This document shows, one piece after another, positions 8,922 through 18,873 of a stretch of DNA of 64,000 nt (position 1 is its first letter; the number at the start of each line of letters is the position of its first letter). The notes beneath the pieces were generated by a model. It saw only the letters and a program-made list of their open reading frames with translations. It made no database searches and had not been told where the DNA came from. Source of the stretch: Desulfomonilia bacterium. GTDB taxonomy: Bacteria; Desulfobacterota; Desulfomonilia; UBA1062. The stretch covers positions 1 through 64,000 of the forward strand of contig JBEKDT010000003.1 in the NCBI GenBank assembly GCA_050014195.1, given 5' to 3'. Both the position numbers and the translations under genes were made by a program.

Positions 8922-11474
8922 CTACTTTCTATATGATTTGTTATATGAATTGTGAGAACTACCACTGTTTTCCTTACTGCTAGAACCCTCTGACTGACGG
9001 TGCTCTCGGAAGGTCCCTGAAGGACCCCCGCTGTTTTCCTTACTACTGGAACCCTCTGACAGGTGGTGCGCCTGGAAGGTTTCTGCACGTTGTTGCCCTA
9101 TGCTGCGGGCTGAACGCTCCTGTTCCAGTTGCGGCATCACCCGGCCCGGTTCCCGCCCCTGCATCGCTCTTGGGGCTGTAATGCGCTGCCAAGCTCCAGT
9201 CTGGCTTTGATGGAGGTAGACATTTCCTTCGGGTGTTGCATAGGCATTGTTTCTCTCTGTTTCAGTCGGGTTTCTCCTGGGGTTTATGATGATCTGGGTA
9301 GATGGGAACTTCCCCTCGGTTAGAGTACCTTCAATATTTTTTTCAACCTTCCCTCGAGATGGTGCGGTAAGAGTGACGGTTGTACCTGAAGAATTTTTTA
9401 TTGTGTACACGTTTCTTTCAGCATTACGGTGCCCTGTGATAAGCGTTCCGGTTGTGGAATTATAGGCCATGCCATATCTCATGGATGAGCCACTGCCGGT
9501 GAGGGGTTGATATGCGGTAGCAGGCCTTATCACCCGAGCCTCTTTCTCCCACAGGCGGTATACATTGCTTGATGTGCTTGCCCATCCGTTGGGGCCCCAT
9601 GGCCTGACGTCGGGATGAGGGTGATGAGGGTGATGTCGCCAACCACAGAAAGGCCCCCACCATGGCGCAGGCGGATAATACCAGTATGGTCCTGAACCAC
9701 AGAACCACCCGAAGCCAAAGCCGAAACTCCAGCCACCCCACGGGGTCCAGCAAATATCAGCCCCGTTGCAATATGTAACAGGCGGGCCATACCAATCACT
9801 ACCGATCCAGGGACGATAATTATAACCCGTACCATAGACCACAACATAATCAGGGCTTACCATACATCCGTAGTAGCCAGGGGTGTAGCCGCAGTACACA
9901 TTATCAAGATCGGCATTGTAAATCCGCACATACGTAACGAAGTGAATGGGGGAGCTTGGCGGGATGGAATATATTATTGGTGGCACATTATCCGCCACCA
10001 CCCAAGGACCGCCCAGAGAGTTTGCAAAAAACCAGACACCGTCCTCGCATGCATACCATGACCTATCATTCACCTTGATGATGGGGGTAAAGCTGTTAAC
10101 TACATAAAAAAGTGGAGTTCCCTCAATAGGTGAAATTTGTGCCATACCATCTATCTGGGGTATGAAGGCAGCCTCTTTTCGGTCGATCTTTGCGGTCTGT
10201 GGCATGGAATTAGCGATAAGGGCCTCTTCCGCCTGTTTCGTTCCGGGTATTGACGCCTTAACGTTCTCCTGTGGGCTCTCATCAGGAATACGAGCAAAGT
10301 CTGCTGGCATGTGTTTCCCTGAAATGTATTCCCATGGACCATTTAATGAGACAGCCCTAAACCAACGTCCGGAGAGAAGGACATAGGTCTTCTGATCACC
10401 CAGATACTTGAACACATGTGCGCTCGTATTCTCCACATAAAGGAGTTTTGTCCCTTGTATGGGCACATAATTCGGTATCCCGTCGGTCACGATGAGCTCT
10501 GCTGGCGTTGTAGAGATAAATACAAGAGGTTGTACCTCTTCAAGGGTCGGGTACTTGTTGGTTTGAGGATCAGCTTGACCTTCGAGCAGGTCTACCTGTT
10601 GCAGCCTGCGGGCCTCATTCATGGCTACAGAAATGTCCTTGGGTAGTGCTCTTGCAATAGTCCATGGTCCATTCAGGCTCTGAGCTTCCATGAAGCCATT
10701 GAAAAGGTGAAAATAGTATTTCCACGCCTTATCCCTTAGGATGAGCACACGGGTATTTATGAGGCGCATGAGGGAACTGCCCTTGACAGGCACATAGCGG
10801 GGTGCGCCATCGATGTACGCCAAAACAGAAGGCCGCTGGGAGAAGATGATGCGAGGAGGGTTGTTATTAAGGGGTTGGGTTTTAACCTTTTTCAGTTCCT
10901 TGGTGATAGCTAGGCTCGCTTCCAACCGGTCGAGAGACACGTTTTTCATCTGTGGTGGCCATGCCTGGCGCAATTCGGCAAGTATGGATGATTCTCTTTC
11001 CGGTGCGGATGGAAACTGTACATTAGTAATGGCAAGGTCATTGAAATAAACCATACGGTCGTTCTTATCCACAATAGTGTGTGCGGTGAGATAGGCTACT
11101 CCATAAAGGGATTGCTGCTCGCCGGGCTTTCTCACCGCAAAGGCTGCATATGTCTTGAGGGTGAATCCGTCCCAGGAGTCGAGTTGTGGCTGATAAACCG
11201 TGTTCATGGTGCCATCTGAGGCCTGAAACACCCTTGGCCAACCATGATCCATTGGTTTTCCATCCTGTGCGAAAGACCTGGTTGATGGCAGGATGAGAGT
11301 AAGGATCATGACAGCCATGGTGATTGCTCGTCTTGTATATCTACTAACCCCCATGATGCTTACAATCGCTACAGATGTTACACGGATCCTGTACACAAGA
11401 TCTAATACCTTCTGAAAATTTTTAATTTCATCAATGACTTTTATGAAATGAGCAACAACTTTGATCGGCTTCAC
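8922..11474 (-). CDS. Large exported hypothetical protein with Trp/Gly/Pro/Tyr-rich and low-complexity C-terminus (true start probably downstream of 11474)
   Basis: 850-codon ORF; signal-like LTLILPSTRSFA; repeated W(F/Y)xAxSLxGPW motifs; WGGWSFGFGFGW region. Confidence 0.7.
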   Translation of the reverse strand: MKPIKVVAHFIKVIDEIKNFQKVLDLVYRIRVTSVAIVSIMGVSRYTRRAITMAVMILTLILPSTRSFAQDGKPMDHGWPRVFQASDGTMNTVYQPQLDSWDGFTLKTYAAFAVRKPGEQQSLYGVAYLTAHTIVDKNDRMVYFNDLAITNVQFPSAPERESSILAELRQAWPPQMKNVSLDRLEASLAITKELKKVKTQPLNNNPPRIIFSQRPSVLAYIDGAPRYVPVKGSSLMRLINTRVLILRDKAWKYYFHLFNGFMEAQSLNGPWTIARALPKDISVAMNEARRLQQVDLLEGQADPQTNKYPTLEEVQPLVFISTTPAELIVTDGIPNYVPIQGTKLLYVENTSAHVFKYLGDQKTYVLLSGRWFRAVSLNGPWEYISGKHMPADFARIPDESPQENVKASIPGTKQAEEALIANSMPQTAKIDRKEAAFIPQIDGMAQISPIEGTPLFYVVNSFTPIIKVNDRSWYACEDGVWFFANSLGGPWVVADNVPPIIYSIPPSSPIHFVTYVRIYNADLDNVYCGYTPGYYGCMVSPDYVVVYGTGYNYRPWIGSDWYGPPVTYCNGADICWTPWGGWSFGFGFGWFCGSGPYWYYPPAPWWGPFCGWRHHPHHPHPDVRPWGPNGWASTSSNVYRLWEKEARVIRPATAYQPLTGSGSSMRYGMAYNSTTGTLITGHRNAERNVYTIKNSSGTTVTLTAPSRGKVEKNIEGTLTEGKFPSTQIIINPRRNPTETERNNAYATPEGNVYLHQSQTGAWQRITAPRAMQGREPGRVMPQLEQERSARSIGQQRAETFQAHHLSEGSSSKENSGGPSGTFREHRQSEGSSSKENSGSSHNSYNKSYRK

Positions 11475-11793
11475 CTTTTCACCTTCAAATTATTCTGAAC
11501 TATAAGACGTCTGAAGCACAGCGTTTGTTTACAATGGAAAAGCGATGATTACATACCAAATGTCACGCTCTGATATGAAGTGATAGGCTTCGTATGTTTT
11601 AATCCAAGACCTTCAATTTTCTCTCATCTCAAAACCGAGAAGAAATCGCGAGTATGTTGGAAAGTGCAGCAGCCGTATGCTACGAATCCTGACAAGAGCA
11701 TAGGACGGAAGGCGGTTTGGCAGCACCTTTTTTCGATGCGTTTGGGTTCCTTCCTCCAGCCGGTGGACTAGCCATGGATATGCGCGGTCATGC

Positions 11794-12816
11794 TCATGTT
11801 TTTTCCATCGAGGCCTTGTATTCTCCACGGCGCGCAGCCTGGTTGCACTTGGCTCGATGAAACAGAGCTTGCTGTGCCGCCAGCACGTGGGCCTCTTCGC
11901 CGTGCCAAATCTCCAAAGCCGGTTGCTGAATGGCGCGGGCAAACGAAAACGCCAACTCCCAAGGTAGTCGCGACTTGAATCTAACATTCATGGCATTCAA
12001 GCGGGCCGAGGCCAGCTCACTGGACTGGCCGCCCGACAAGAACGCAATCCCCGGAACGGCAGCGGGGACGGTTTGCAAGAGGCACCTCACCGTGGCGTCG
12101 GCCACCTCGTTCACCGTTTCTTGCTTAGGGCAGGTCAATCCCGGAAGCACCATATTGGGCTTCAGGATCAGACCTTCCAGAATGACCCGTTGGGTGTAGA
12201 ATTGGTTGAAAACCATCCGCAGGACTTCCGCCGTTACTTCAAAACACCTCTCCAAGGGGTGCTCTCCGTCCATGAGCACTTCCGGCTCGACGATGGGAAC
12301 CAGACTGGCTTCCTGACACAAGGCAGCATAGCGAGCCAACACATGCGCATTGGCCTCGATACAACCCCGACTGGGAATGCCATCAGCAATGGCAATCACC
12401 GCGCGCCACTTGGCAAAACGGGCACCCATTTGAGAGTATTCAGCCAGGCGGTCGCGCAATCCATCCAGTCCTTCTGTTATTTTCTCACCTGGATGACCCG
12501 CCATATCTTTCGCGCCGGTGTCAACCTTGATGCCCGGAATGATGCCCGCGTCGGTTATGACTTTAACAAAAGGAGTACCATCTTTCCTGGACTGACGGAT
12601 GGTCTCATCATATAGGATGATGCCACTGATACACTCACCTAAACCAGGAGTGGTCACAATCAATTCCCGGTAGGAACAACGGGTTTCTTCAGTTTGAGGA
12701 ATCCCCACTTTTTCAAAACGCTTGTTACAGGTGGGTGTACTTTCATCTATGGCCAGAAGACCTTTGCCCTCAGCGACCATCGCCTTGGCAGTGGCTATAA
12801 GCTCTTGTGAACCCAT
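11794..12816 (-). CDS. Class I fructose-bisphosphate aldolase
   Basis: GKGLLAIDES, GIKVDTG, FAKWRAV, PIVEPEVL, LKPNMV, FLSGGQ, FSFARA; GGAGG RBS before ATG 12816. Confidence 0.92.
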   Translation of the reverse strand: MGSQELIATAKAMVAEGKGLLAIDESTPTCNKRFEKVGIPQTEETRCSYRELIVTTPGLGECISGIILYDETIRQSRKDGTPFVKVITDAGIIPGIKVDTGAKDMAGHPGEKITEGLDGLRDRLAEYSQMGARFAKWRAVIAIADGIPSRGCIEANAHVLARYAALCQEASLVPIVEPEVLMDGEHPLERCFEVTAEVLRMVFNQFYTQRVILEGLILKPNMVLPGLTCPKQETVNEVADATVRCLLQTVPAAVPGIAFLSGGQSSELASARLNAMNVRFKSRLPWELAFSFARAIQQPALEIWHGEEAHVLAAQQALFHRAKCNQAARRGEYKASMEKT

Positions 12817-13110
12817 CTCTGATACCTCCGTAGTTTTATCAATTATTAATCGATCATGCTCAGGCCATTTCATGCTTCACGCTAAGTGAGACCCACAACC
12901 AGTTCATGGAAATAGAGATGTTTGAGGTCACACCGCGCCCAAGTGAGGCCCTGGTCTCAAAACTTATGATTCTTTCGTAAATAAAATTGAAGGTTGATAT
13001 TGAATATTAATAGCTTAAGCTCAGGCAAGGTCAAGGGTCTTACAATTCCTTTGTCATGGAAGAAAAAATTACGCAAGCATAGCCATAGAGAGAAATTGTA
13101 GATCATGTGC

Positions 13111-14949
13111 GAGATTGTTGAAAAAGTACTAACTGCTTTTAAAGCAAGAAGTCGATAAAATATCATCAGAAAAACAATATTAATCTATATTAACAATTGG
13201 TTATGTGATATAGTTGGATTGTCTTCAAGGGGTAGGATTCTCTCTCTCCTCACCCGACTCCTGAAGCGAAAGGATACCATGGCCAAGTATAAACCATACA
13301 CCTATGCACAGGATATGCTGATACCGGTATCGCTCAGGGAACAGCTCATGCCCGGGACCCTGGAATTCGCGATCCATACACTTGTAGATGAGCGTATGGA
13401 TGTGAGCATATTCGATGAGAAGTACCGCAACGATGAGACCGGACGGCGGGCATACGATCCCCGGATTCTGCTGAAGGTAGTATTGCTGGGATATTCACGG
13501 GGTCTGATATCGTCCAGGAAGATCGAGCAGGCATGCAAGGAGAACGTGGTGTTCATGGCACTTTCGTGCGGGCAGTATCCTGACCACAGCACGATAGCCC
13601 CATTTGTTGCATCCATGAAAGATGAGATCCTGCCGTTGTTCAGGGATGTACTGCTGGTATGCGAGGAGATGAATCTGCTCGGAGGGACGTTCTTCGCATT
13701 GGACGGGTGCAAGCTTAAATGCAATGCCTCCCCGCAGTGGAGCAGGACGGTATCCGAGCTTCGGGCGAAACGGGAGAAGCTTGGGGAGAAGGTGAAGGAA
13801 CTGCTGACAGAGCAGGAGAAGGAAGACCGGAAAGAAGATGATGATTCGCCTTCTCCTGATAATCGTTCCCACCGGGGAAAACAGATTGATAAACTGAAGA
13901 AGGAGGCTGATCGGATCGAAGCATGGCTGAAGGAGAACGGGGAACGACTCGGGGTAAGCGGCAAGGAGATCAAGAGCAACATGACGGACAACGAGTCATC
14001 GAAGATGGTCACCTCCAACGGGACGGTTCAGGGATACAACGGCCAGGCGCTTGTGGACTCGAAGAGACAGGTGATCGTTCATGCGGAGGTGTTTGGTACT
14101 GGCCATGACCATGGCCTTGTTCCACCGATGCTGGATGGGGCCATGGAGAACCTGGAGAAGATAGGTCTATCCCGAGATTATTTTAAAGGGACAACGTTCG
14201 CTGCGGACAGCGGGTACCACAGTAAGAGCAATATCCAGAAGTGTGAAGACGAGAAGCTGGATGCATACATTCCTGATAAGCGATTACGCACGAGGGACCC
14301 GCTGTATGGTGAATGGAGACGGCAAGGTCGTATGACCAGGACCCACTATGCTCTTGGGGACTTCCTCTATAATGAGGAAGAGGATCATTATGTCTGTCCC
14401 AATGGGAAGATACTGCGTCTTAGGGTGAAGCAAAGTGCATATACGGGGAACGTATATCGCACATATAGAGCACAAGAACACGATTGCAGCGGTTGTGGGC
14501 TGAGAGAGAAATGTCTTTATGGAAAAGCCCGAGGGCCAAAGAACCTGATGGTCCCTATCGGTCCTGATGGGATCAACCTCACCAAGCTCATGATAGAGAA
14601 GATCGAGAGTGAGAAAGGGCGTAAGATTTACCCCCAACGTATGGCAATCGTAGAGCCGGTATTCGGCAATATCCGCACCAACAAACGACTGGATCGGTTT
14701 ACCCTGAGAGGAAAGATCAAGGTCAACATTCAATGGCTCTTGTATTGTATGGTTCACAATATAGAGAAGATCGCAAACTATGGCTTTGCATGAAATAAAA
14801 AAAGGGGGGGTGATTCTTTTAACAAAGGTTCATTGCCATGATCGTATGACCTGAAGAAAGCAGAAATCTAAAAAAACGTAATGATGATTTGAAAAAGTAT
14901 CAGTTAGATGGAAAAAATCTTCTGCCTAAAAGGGTTTTTCGACTGCCTC
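13111..14949 (+). mobile_element. IS1182-family insertion sequence
   Basis: Imperfect terminal inverted repeats GAGATTGTTGAAAAA / TTTTTCGACTGCCTC around the transposase. Confidence 0.7.
13279..14793 (+). CDS. IS1182-family transposase
   Basis: GRRAYDPRILLKVVL, PDHSTI, ALDGCK, GYNGQ, ADSGY, VEPVFGNI motifs. Confidence 0.92.
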   Translation: MAKYKPYTYAQDMLIPVSLREQLMPGTLEFAIHTLVDERMDVSIFDEKYRNDETGRRAYDPRILLKVVLLGYSRGLISSRKIEQACKENVVFMALSCGQYPDHSTIAPFVASMKDEILPLFRDVLLVCEEMNLLGGTFFALDGCKLKCNASPQWSRTVSELRAKREKLGEKVKELLTEQEKEDRKEDDDSPSPDNRSHRGKQIDKLKKEADRIEAWLKENGERLGVSGKEIKSNMTDNESSKMVTSNGTVQGYNGQALVDSKRQVIVHAEVFGTGHDHGLVPPMLDGAMENLEKIGLSRDYFKGTTFAADSGYHSKSNIQKCEDEKLDAYIPDKRLRTRDPLYGEWRRQGRMTRTHYALGDFLYNEEEDHYVCPNGKILRLRVKQSAYTGNVYRTYRAQEHDCSGCGLREKCLYGKARGPKNLMVPIGPDGINLTKLMIEKIESEKGRKIYPQRMAIVEPVFGNIRTNKRLDRFTLRGKIKVNIQWLLYCMVHNIEKIANYGFA

Positions 14950-15191
14950 TATAGAAATCTATACTACGGTGCTTTACTACTCCAGTAGAGATCTTCTTAC
15001 GAAACCCTCGATCAAGGTTGGCAAAGCATTGCGAATAAAACATAATCTCTAGTCATCCCAATGATTATAGAGTCATTGCAAAATGGAATAATTCATGTAT
15101 ATATGATATTTAAATCTTAGTGTCATGACATCTCATCAATGATTCCCTTTAAGACACCAGATAAACTAAAAAAGGAAGATGAATTACAACC

Positions 15192-16091
15192 ATGTTTAAG
15201 ACATTTTTTGGAGATCCAGTGGGTATTATCACGGAGGCAGCAAAAAGTCCGCTAGGGATATTTGCCTTAGCAATTCTGGTTCTCGCTTTTTTAGCATTTT
15301 ATTTTTTCAGCACAGAGTCATGGCCCGTACGTTTGATAGTTTTTGGAGCTATGTTTATAATAGTGATACTTTCTTTTACTCTTGCCATCTATCCAGTGAT
15401 CCATCCAATATCTCCTCAACGAACTCAAACAGAGCAGCCCAAACCATATGCAGCATATGGTATTAAATATGATAAAATTATCTGGAAGCATTTTTATTTT
15501 AAAGATTTCAGTTTTAAGGGTGAGATTGACAGCATTATAATAAACGTTTCAAATACAAATTTATCAATTTTACCCCCACAACAAGGCTACTGGTTTGGAT
15601 GGAACATAAAATCATTCGAACTCCGCCCCATAGCTTATGGTAATGATGAAGGCAAATATAATTTGCAGAGAGTCTTCTGTGCGGAAGACAAGATTATCAG
15701 AAGAGACATCGATGGTACCGAAAAAAAAGTCACTTTATTTACTTGGCAATTTAAAATAGAACCTGCAATTGTCCCAGGGAAGTCATTTCATTTTGGACAA
15801 GTATTCGAAACAAAGGATACAGAAAGAGACGCTTTCACTGAACAGGGTTCTTTTGCTGGCATGTCGTCCCCTTTTCCTGTCGAGACTCTAACATCTGAGG
15901 TTAATGCGCCCGAAGGATATCGTTTTATTAATAAGGGTTATTTGGTAAGAGATAGTATGGGAATAGACGTAGAGGCAAAAATTGACGAACCCGAGTTTTC
16001 CTCAGATGGAAGCAGGATAAATTGGACAATAAAAGACCCTGTTCCATCCCTTAAATATTATATGAGGATAGTCATTGTTAAACGAAATTAA
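15192..16091 (+). CDS. Hypothetical protein with two N-terminal TM helices
   Basis: 299-aa ORF; hydrophobic segments at about residues 22-39 and 47-70; overlaps the next gene. Confidence 0.75.
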   Translation: MFKTFFGDPVGIITEAAKSPLGIFALAILVLAFLAFYFFSTESWPVRLIVFGAMFIIVILSFTLAIYPVIHPISPQRTQTEQPKPYAAYGIKYDKIIWKHFYFKDFSFKGEIDSIIINVSNTNLSILPPQQGYWFGWNIKSFELRPIAYGNDEGKYNLQRVFCAEDKIIRRDIDGTEKKVTLFTWQFKIEPAIVPGKSFHFGQVFETKDTERDAFTEQGSFAGMSSPFPVETLTSEVNAPEGYRFINKGYLVRDSMGIDVEAKIDEPEFSSDGSRINWTIKDPVPSLKYYMRIVIVKRN

Positions 16092-16620
16092 AGATAAACT
16101 TTTTCCCTTTAAATTTTGCTGTGTTCGATGTGGCAGATGTTGTACTCAAATGCCTAGAGGCGTCCCGTTGTATTATAGTGATGTCGAAAATATAGCTCAC
16201 ATGAAAGGGTGTGCACCGAAGGATTTTATTAAATGCTTTTGTGAGTTAAAATTGCACAAGATTATTAATGATGGTGAAACGATGGATATTCCGGTTTTAT
16301 ACTTAAAGGTATCCAAAAAAAGATGCATTTTTTACGAAGAAAACAGCTGTATGATACATAAGGTAAAGCCATACATTTGTGAAGCTGCACCATTTGTCTC
16401 ACTGCTGTTTCAAGATGACAACACAGTAGATTTTTTTAAGCAAAAGTGCAAGGGATTTGGTCACGGCACCTACTATAGTAGGAGAAGAATTAGAGATATA
16501 ATTAAACAAGAAGTTAAACTCGAAGAAGCAGAATGGAAGTTATTTAGTACTGGGTTTTACGATAATATTGTAAAACCAACCAGATACGAAAGGAGGGAAA
16601 ATGATTCCCCAGCATCCTGA
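16075..16620 (+). CDS. YkgJ/FliB-like cysteine-cluster (CxxCxxCC) protein
   Basis: CVRCGRCC, CIFYEENSCMIHKVKPYICEAAPF, late CKG. Confidence 0.85.
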   Translation: MLNEIKDKLFPFKFCCVRCGRCCTQMPRGVPLYYSDVENIAHMKGCAPKDFIKCFCELKLHKIINDGETMDIPVLYLKVSKKRCIFYEENSCMIHKVKPYICEAAPFVSLLFQDDNTVDFFKQKCKGFGHGTYYSRRRIRDIIKQEVKLEEAEWKLFSTGFYDNIVKPTRYERRENDSPAS

Positions 16621-16738
16621 TAATTCAAGAAATGTTGTACCTGCTCCTGTTCCAGATACAAACTCAACGAATCTTTCGGTGATTAAGGTTACAACATGGA
16701 CGACACGTTGCCCTAAAGGAAAAGAGACAAAAAAGTAA
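16601..16738 (+). CDS. Unannotated 45-aa peptide MIPQHPDNSRNVVPAPVPDTNSTNLSVIKVTTWTTRCPKGKETKK
   Basis: AGGAGG just upstream of the ATG; overlaps the end of the YkgJ gene by 20 nt. Below the ORF-track size cutoff. Confidence 0.55.
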   Translation: MIPQHPDNSRNVVPAPVPDTNSTNLSVIKVTTWTTRCPKGKETKK

Positions 16739-16787
16739 ACAGCAACAGTAAACTGAGATAGAGGGAGCTTGGGGTCAGATCTTTGCG

Positions 16788-16916
16788 GGCTGTTGCTTAA
16801 ATCCTGGTTGCGAATTTTATTGTTGCTAAATATCATATGCATTATCAATATGTTGAAAATTGATATGCTTGTAAATGGCCACTATTTCATGGCATATTGC
16901 TTTTTGGGCAACAACC
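16788..16916. mobile_element. MITE-like element (about 130 bp)
   Basis: Imperfect terminal inverted repeats GGCTGTTGCTTAAA / TTTGGGCAACAACC around an AT-rich non-coding core. Confidence 0.4.
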
Positions 16917-17413
16917 GATTTGATATTGACAAATAAGTCGCTGCAGGAGGCCGTGGTTTAGCCTTTAGTCTTACGCAGGGTGGCGGTTTTATCCCGGCAT
17001 TAACCCACTCACTGACGTAGCTTGGTTTTGAATGAACGGGTGAAAGGATGAGACATGACCGTTCTATGGGAAAGCTGATGATCTCATGTTGATATCTACA
17101 AATAGATCCGGATTATTCAAAAGTCCACATATAACGATCGGTATCATTTAGACCATGAAGTTCTTATAGTAATCGTTACTTCATCTCGTTCATCGACGAG
17201 TAAAGATTATGTTTCAATATCTGTACTCTTTATGCCCTATTCCTAGGAGTAGAGATCCAGGCAGAGGCAAAAAGTGGTATGTATAAAGGTTCTTGTATCC
17301 CGAAGGTATATAACCACTCCATTGCAGTATGAAACGGATAGAGCTATCGGCAAATTACAGCTGATTTTATTTTTTATCTCATTATAATAAATGAAAAGCT
17401 TCGGGAGGGATAT

Positions 17414-18082
17414 ATGAACGTAATAGATGCCATGAAATCGCGCTTTACATGCCGTGCTTTTACCTCTGAGCCTGTGGACAAAGATACAATACTTACGATC
17501 ATGGAGGCTGCGCTTAAGGCCCCTTCTTGGGGGAACACACAGCCCTGGGAGATATTCGTGGCCAGCGGCAAGTCAGCTGATAGGCTGCGAAAAGCCTATT
17601 CTGAGAGATTCGCTCATGATGTGCCAGTAAACCCTGACATCTCCAGGCCGCTTCCGAAGGACTGGCCTCCGGCTCTCAAGGAACGATACGAAAAATTGAG
17701 GAATGACCGCTCAGATTTCCTGGGGCTTGATCGTGATGACCAGAAGGACATGCGCTCCCTTATGGTGCGCAACTTTTCCTTTTTCGATGCGCCTTCAGTC
17801 ATCTTCCTCTGCATGGACCGTTCCTTGACTCCCTGGTCCCTTTTCGACCTGGGCTCAATATCGCAGAGCATCATGCTCATCGCCTGCGAGTACGGGTTGG
17901 GCACAGCAGTGGCGGTCCAGCTGGCATCGTATCCCGATTTGGTCCGCCAGGAACTTGGTGTCCCTGAGAATCTGGCCGTGTGCATCGGCATAGCAATCGG
18001 CCAGATTGATACTGCCAGCCCGCAAAACACATTCAGAACCACCCGCAGGCCCGTGGACGAGATCGTAAGGATCAAGGGCTAG
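17414..18082 (+). CDS. Nitroreductase family protein (copy 2)
   Basis: Same 222-aa length and motifs as 3439-4107; flanking sequence also conserved. Confidence 0.9.
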   Translation: MNVIDAMKSRFTCRAFTSEPVDKDTILTIMEAALKAPSWGNTQPWEIFVASGKSADRLRKAYSERFAHDVPVNPDISRPLPKDWPPALKERYEKLRNDRSDFLGLDRDDQKDMRSLMVRNFSFFDAPSVIFLCMDRSLTPWSLFDLGSISQSIMLIACEYGLGTAVAVQLASYPDLVRQELGVPENLAVCIGIAIGQIDTASPQNTFRTTRRPVDEIVRIKG

Positions 18083-18275
18083 GCTGGAGATATTCAAGGA
18101 GATACCCGTTATGTGATACTCAGGCATGCAAAGAAGGTTCCCAACAGCAACCGGATCGCTTCCCGGATGCGTTCATGCTGTATATAAAATACTGAAAGAT
18201 AGTTGCCCACCATGGAGATCGTGATACTATGCGATACAAGGTCGGGGTTATCGATGGGTCTGAGTTCACCCTTCT

Positions 18276-18833
18276 TCACGCCCCCTTGTCCTCTTTGACG
18301 AGAGCCAGCAACTCCTTGATAATTCTTCGGCGCTCTTTTGCATTGAAGGGAGACATAGACAGCACTTCCCAAAGTCTTAGTCCATTAGCTGCCAACATAA
18401 TAACCGCAGCCCGCTCAAAGCTGAGCCCATCCTTGGTGAGGTCAGCGATAATCTGATGGAAATCTTCGCGGGCCGGCGCAAGGAGTTCCGGATCATGCGC
18501 ACCTGAGGCAACAAGGGCAGCCGAAACATCCCTATCTATGCCGCGATCCTCATCGAGCACGGAGAGTATATAAATGACGGCCTCACACTCTGGACCTGCC
18601 GGAGTCTTGGCTCGCCTTTTCATTCTGCTTTCGTCTAGATGCTTCTTTCGCCTGTGCAGCATCTCACTGAGCAGAGCTTCTTTGTCATGAAAATGGTAGA
18701 GCAGACCGCCCCGACTTATGCCTGCTTTTGATGCCACGGCTTCAAGCGTCAGATGTCTGGCACCTGCTCCAATAACCACCTGTTCCGCCGCATCAATAAT
18801 TCTCTCTCTTGCATTGTCTGAATGGCTCCCCAT
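18276..18833 (-). CDS. TetR-family regulator
   Basis: HTH LTLEAVASKAGISRGGLLYHF; last gene of the efflux operon. Confidence 0.9.
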   Translation of the reverse strand: MGSHSDNARERIIDAAEQVVIGAGARHLTLEAVASKAGISRGGLLYHFHDKEALLSEMLHRRKKHLDESRMKRRAKTPAGPECEAVIYILSVLDEDRGIDRDVSAALVASGAHDPELLAPAREDFHQIIADLTKDGLSFERAAVIMLAANGLRLWEVLSMSPFNAKERRRIIKELLALVKEDKGA

Positions 18834-18873
18834 GCAAGTCCCCCTTGTCACTAAAAAATTGATTGATAGAATC

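Noticed and set aside
8965-9060. 30-bp direct repeat
   Set aside because: Intragenic duplication encoding SEGSSSKENS twice in a low-complexity tail.
18109-18275. Possible regulator C-terminal remnant (KKGELRPIDNP...) downstream of tetR
   Set aside because: Too short and generic to assign without a search.
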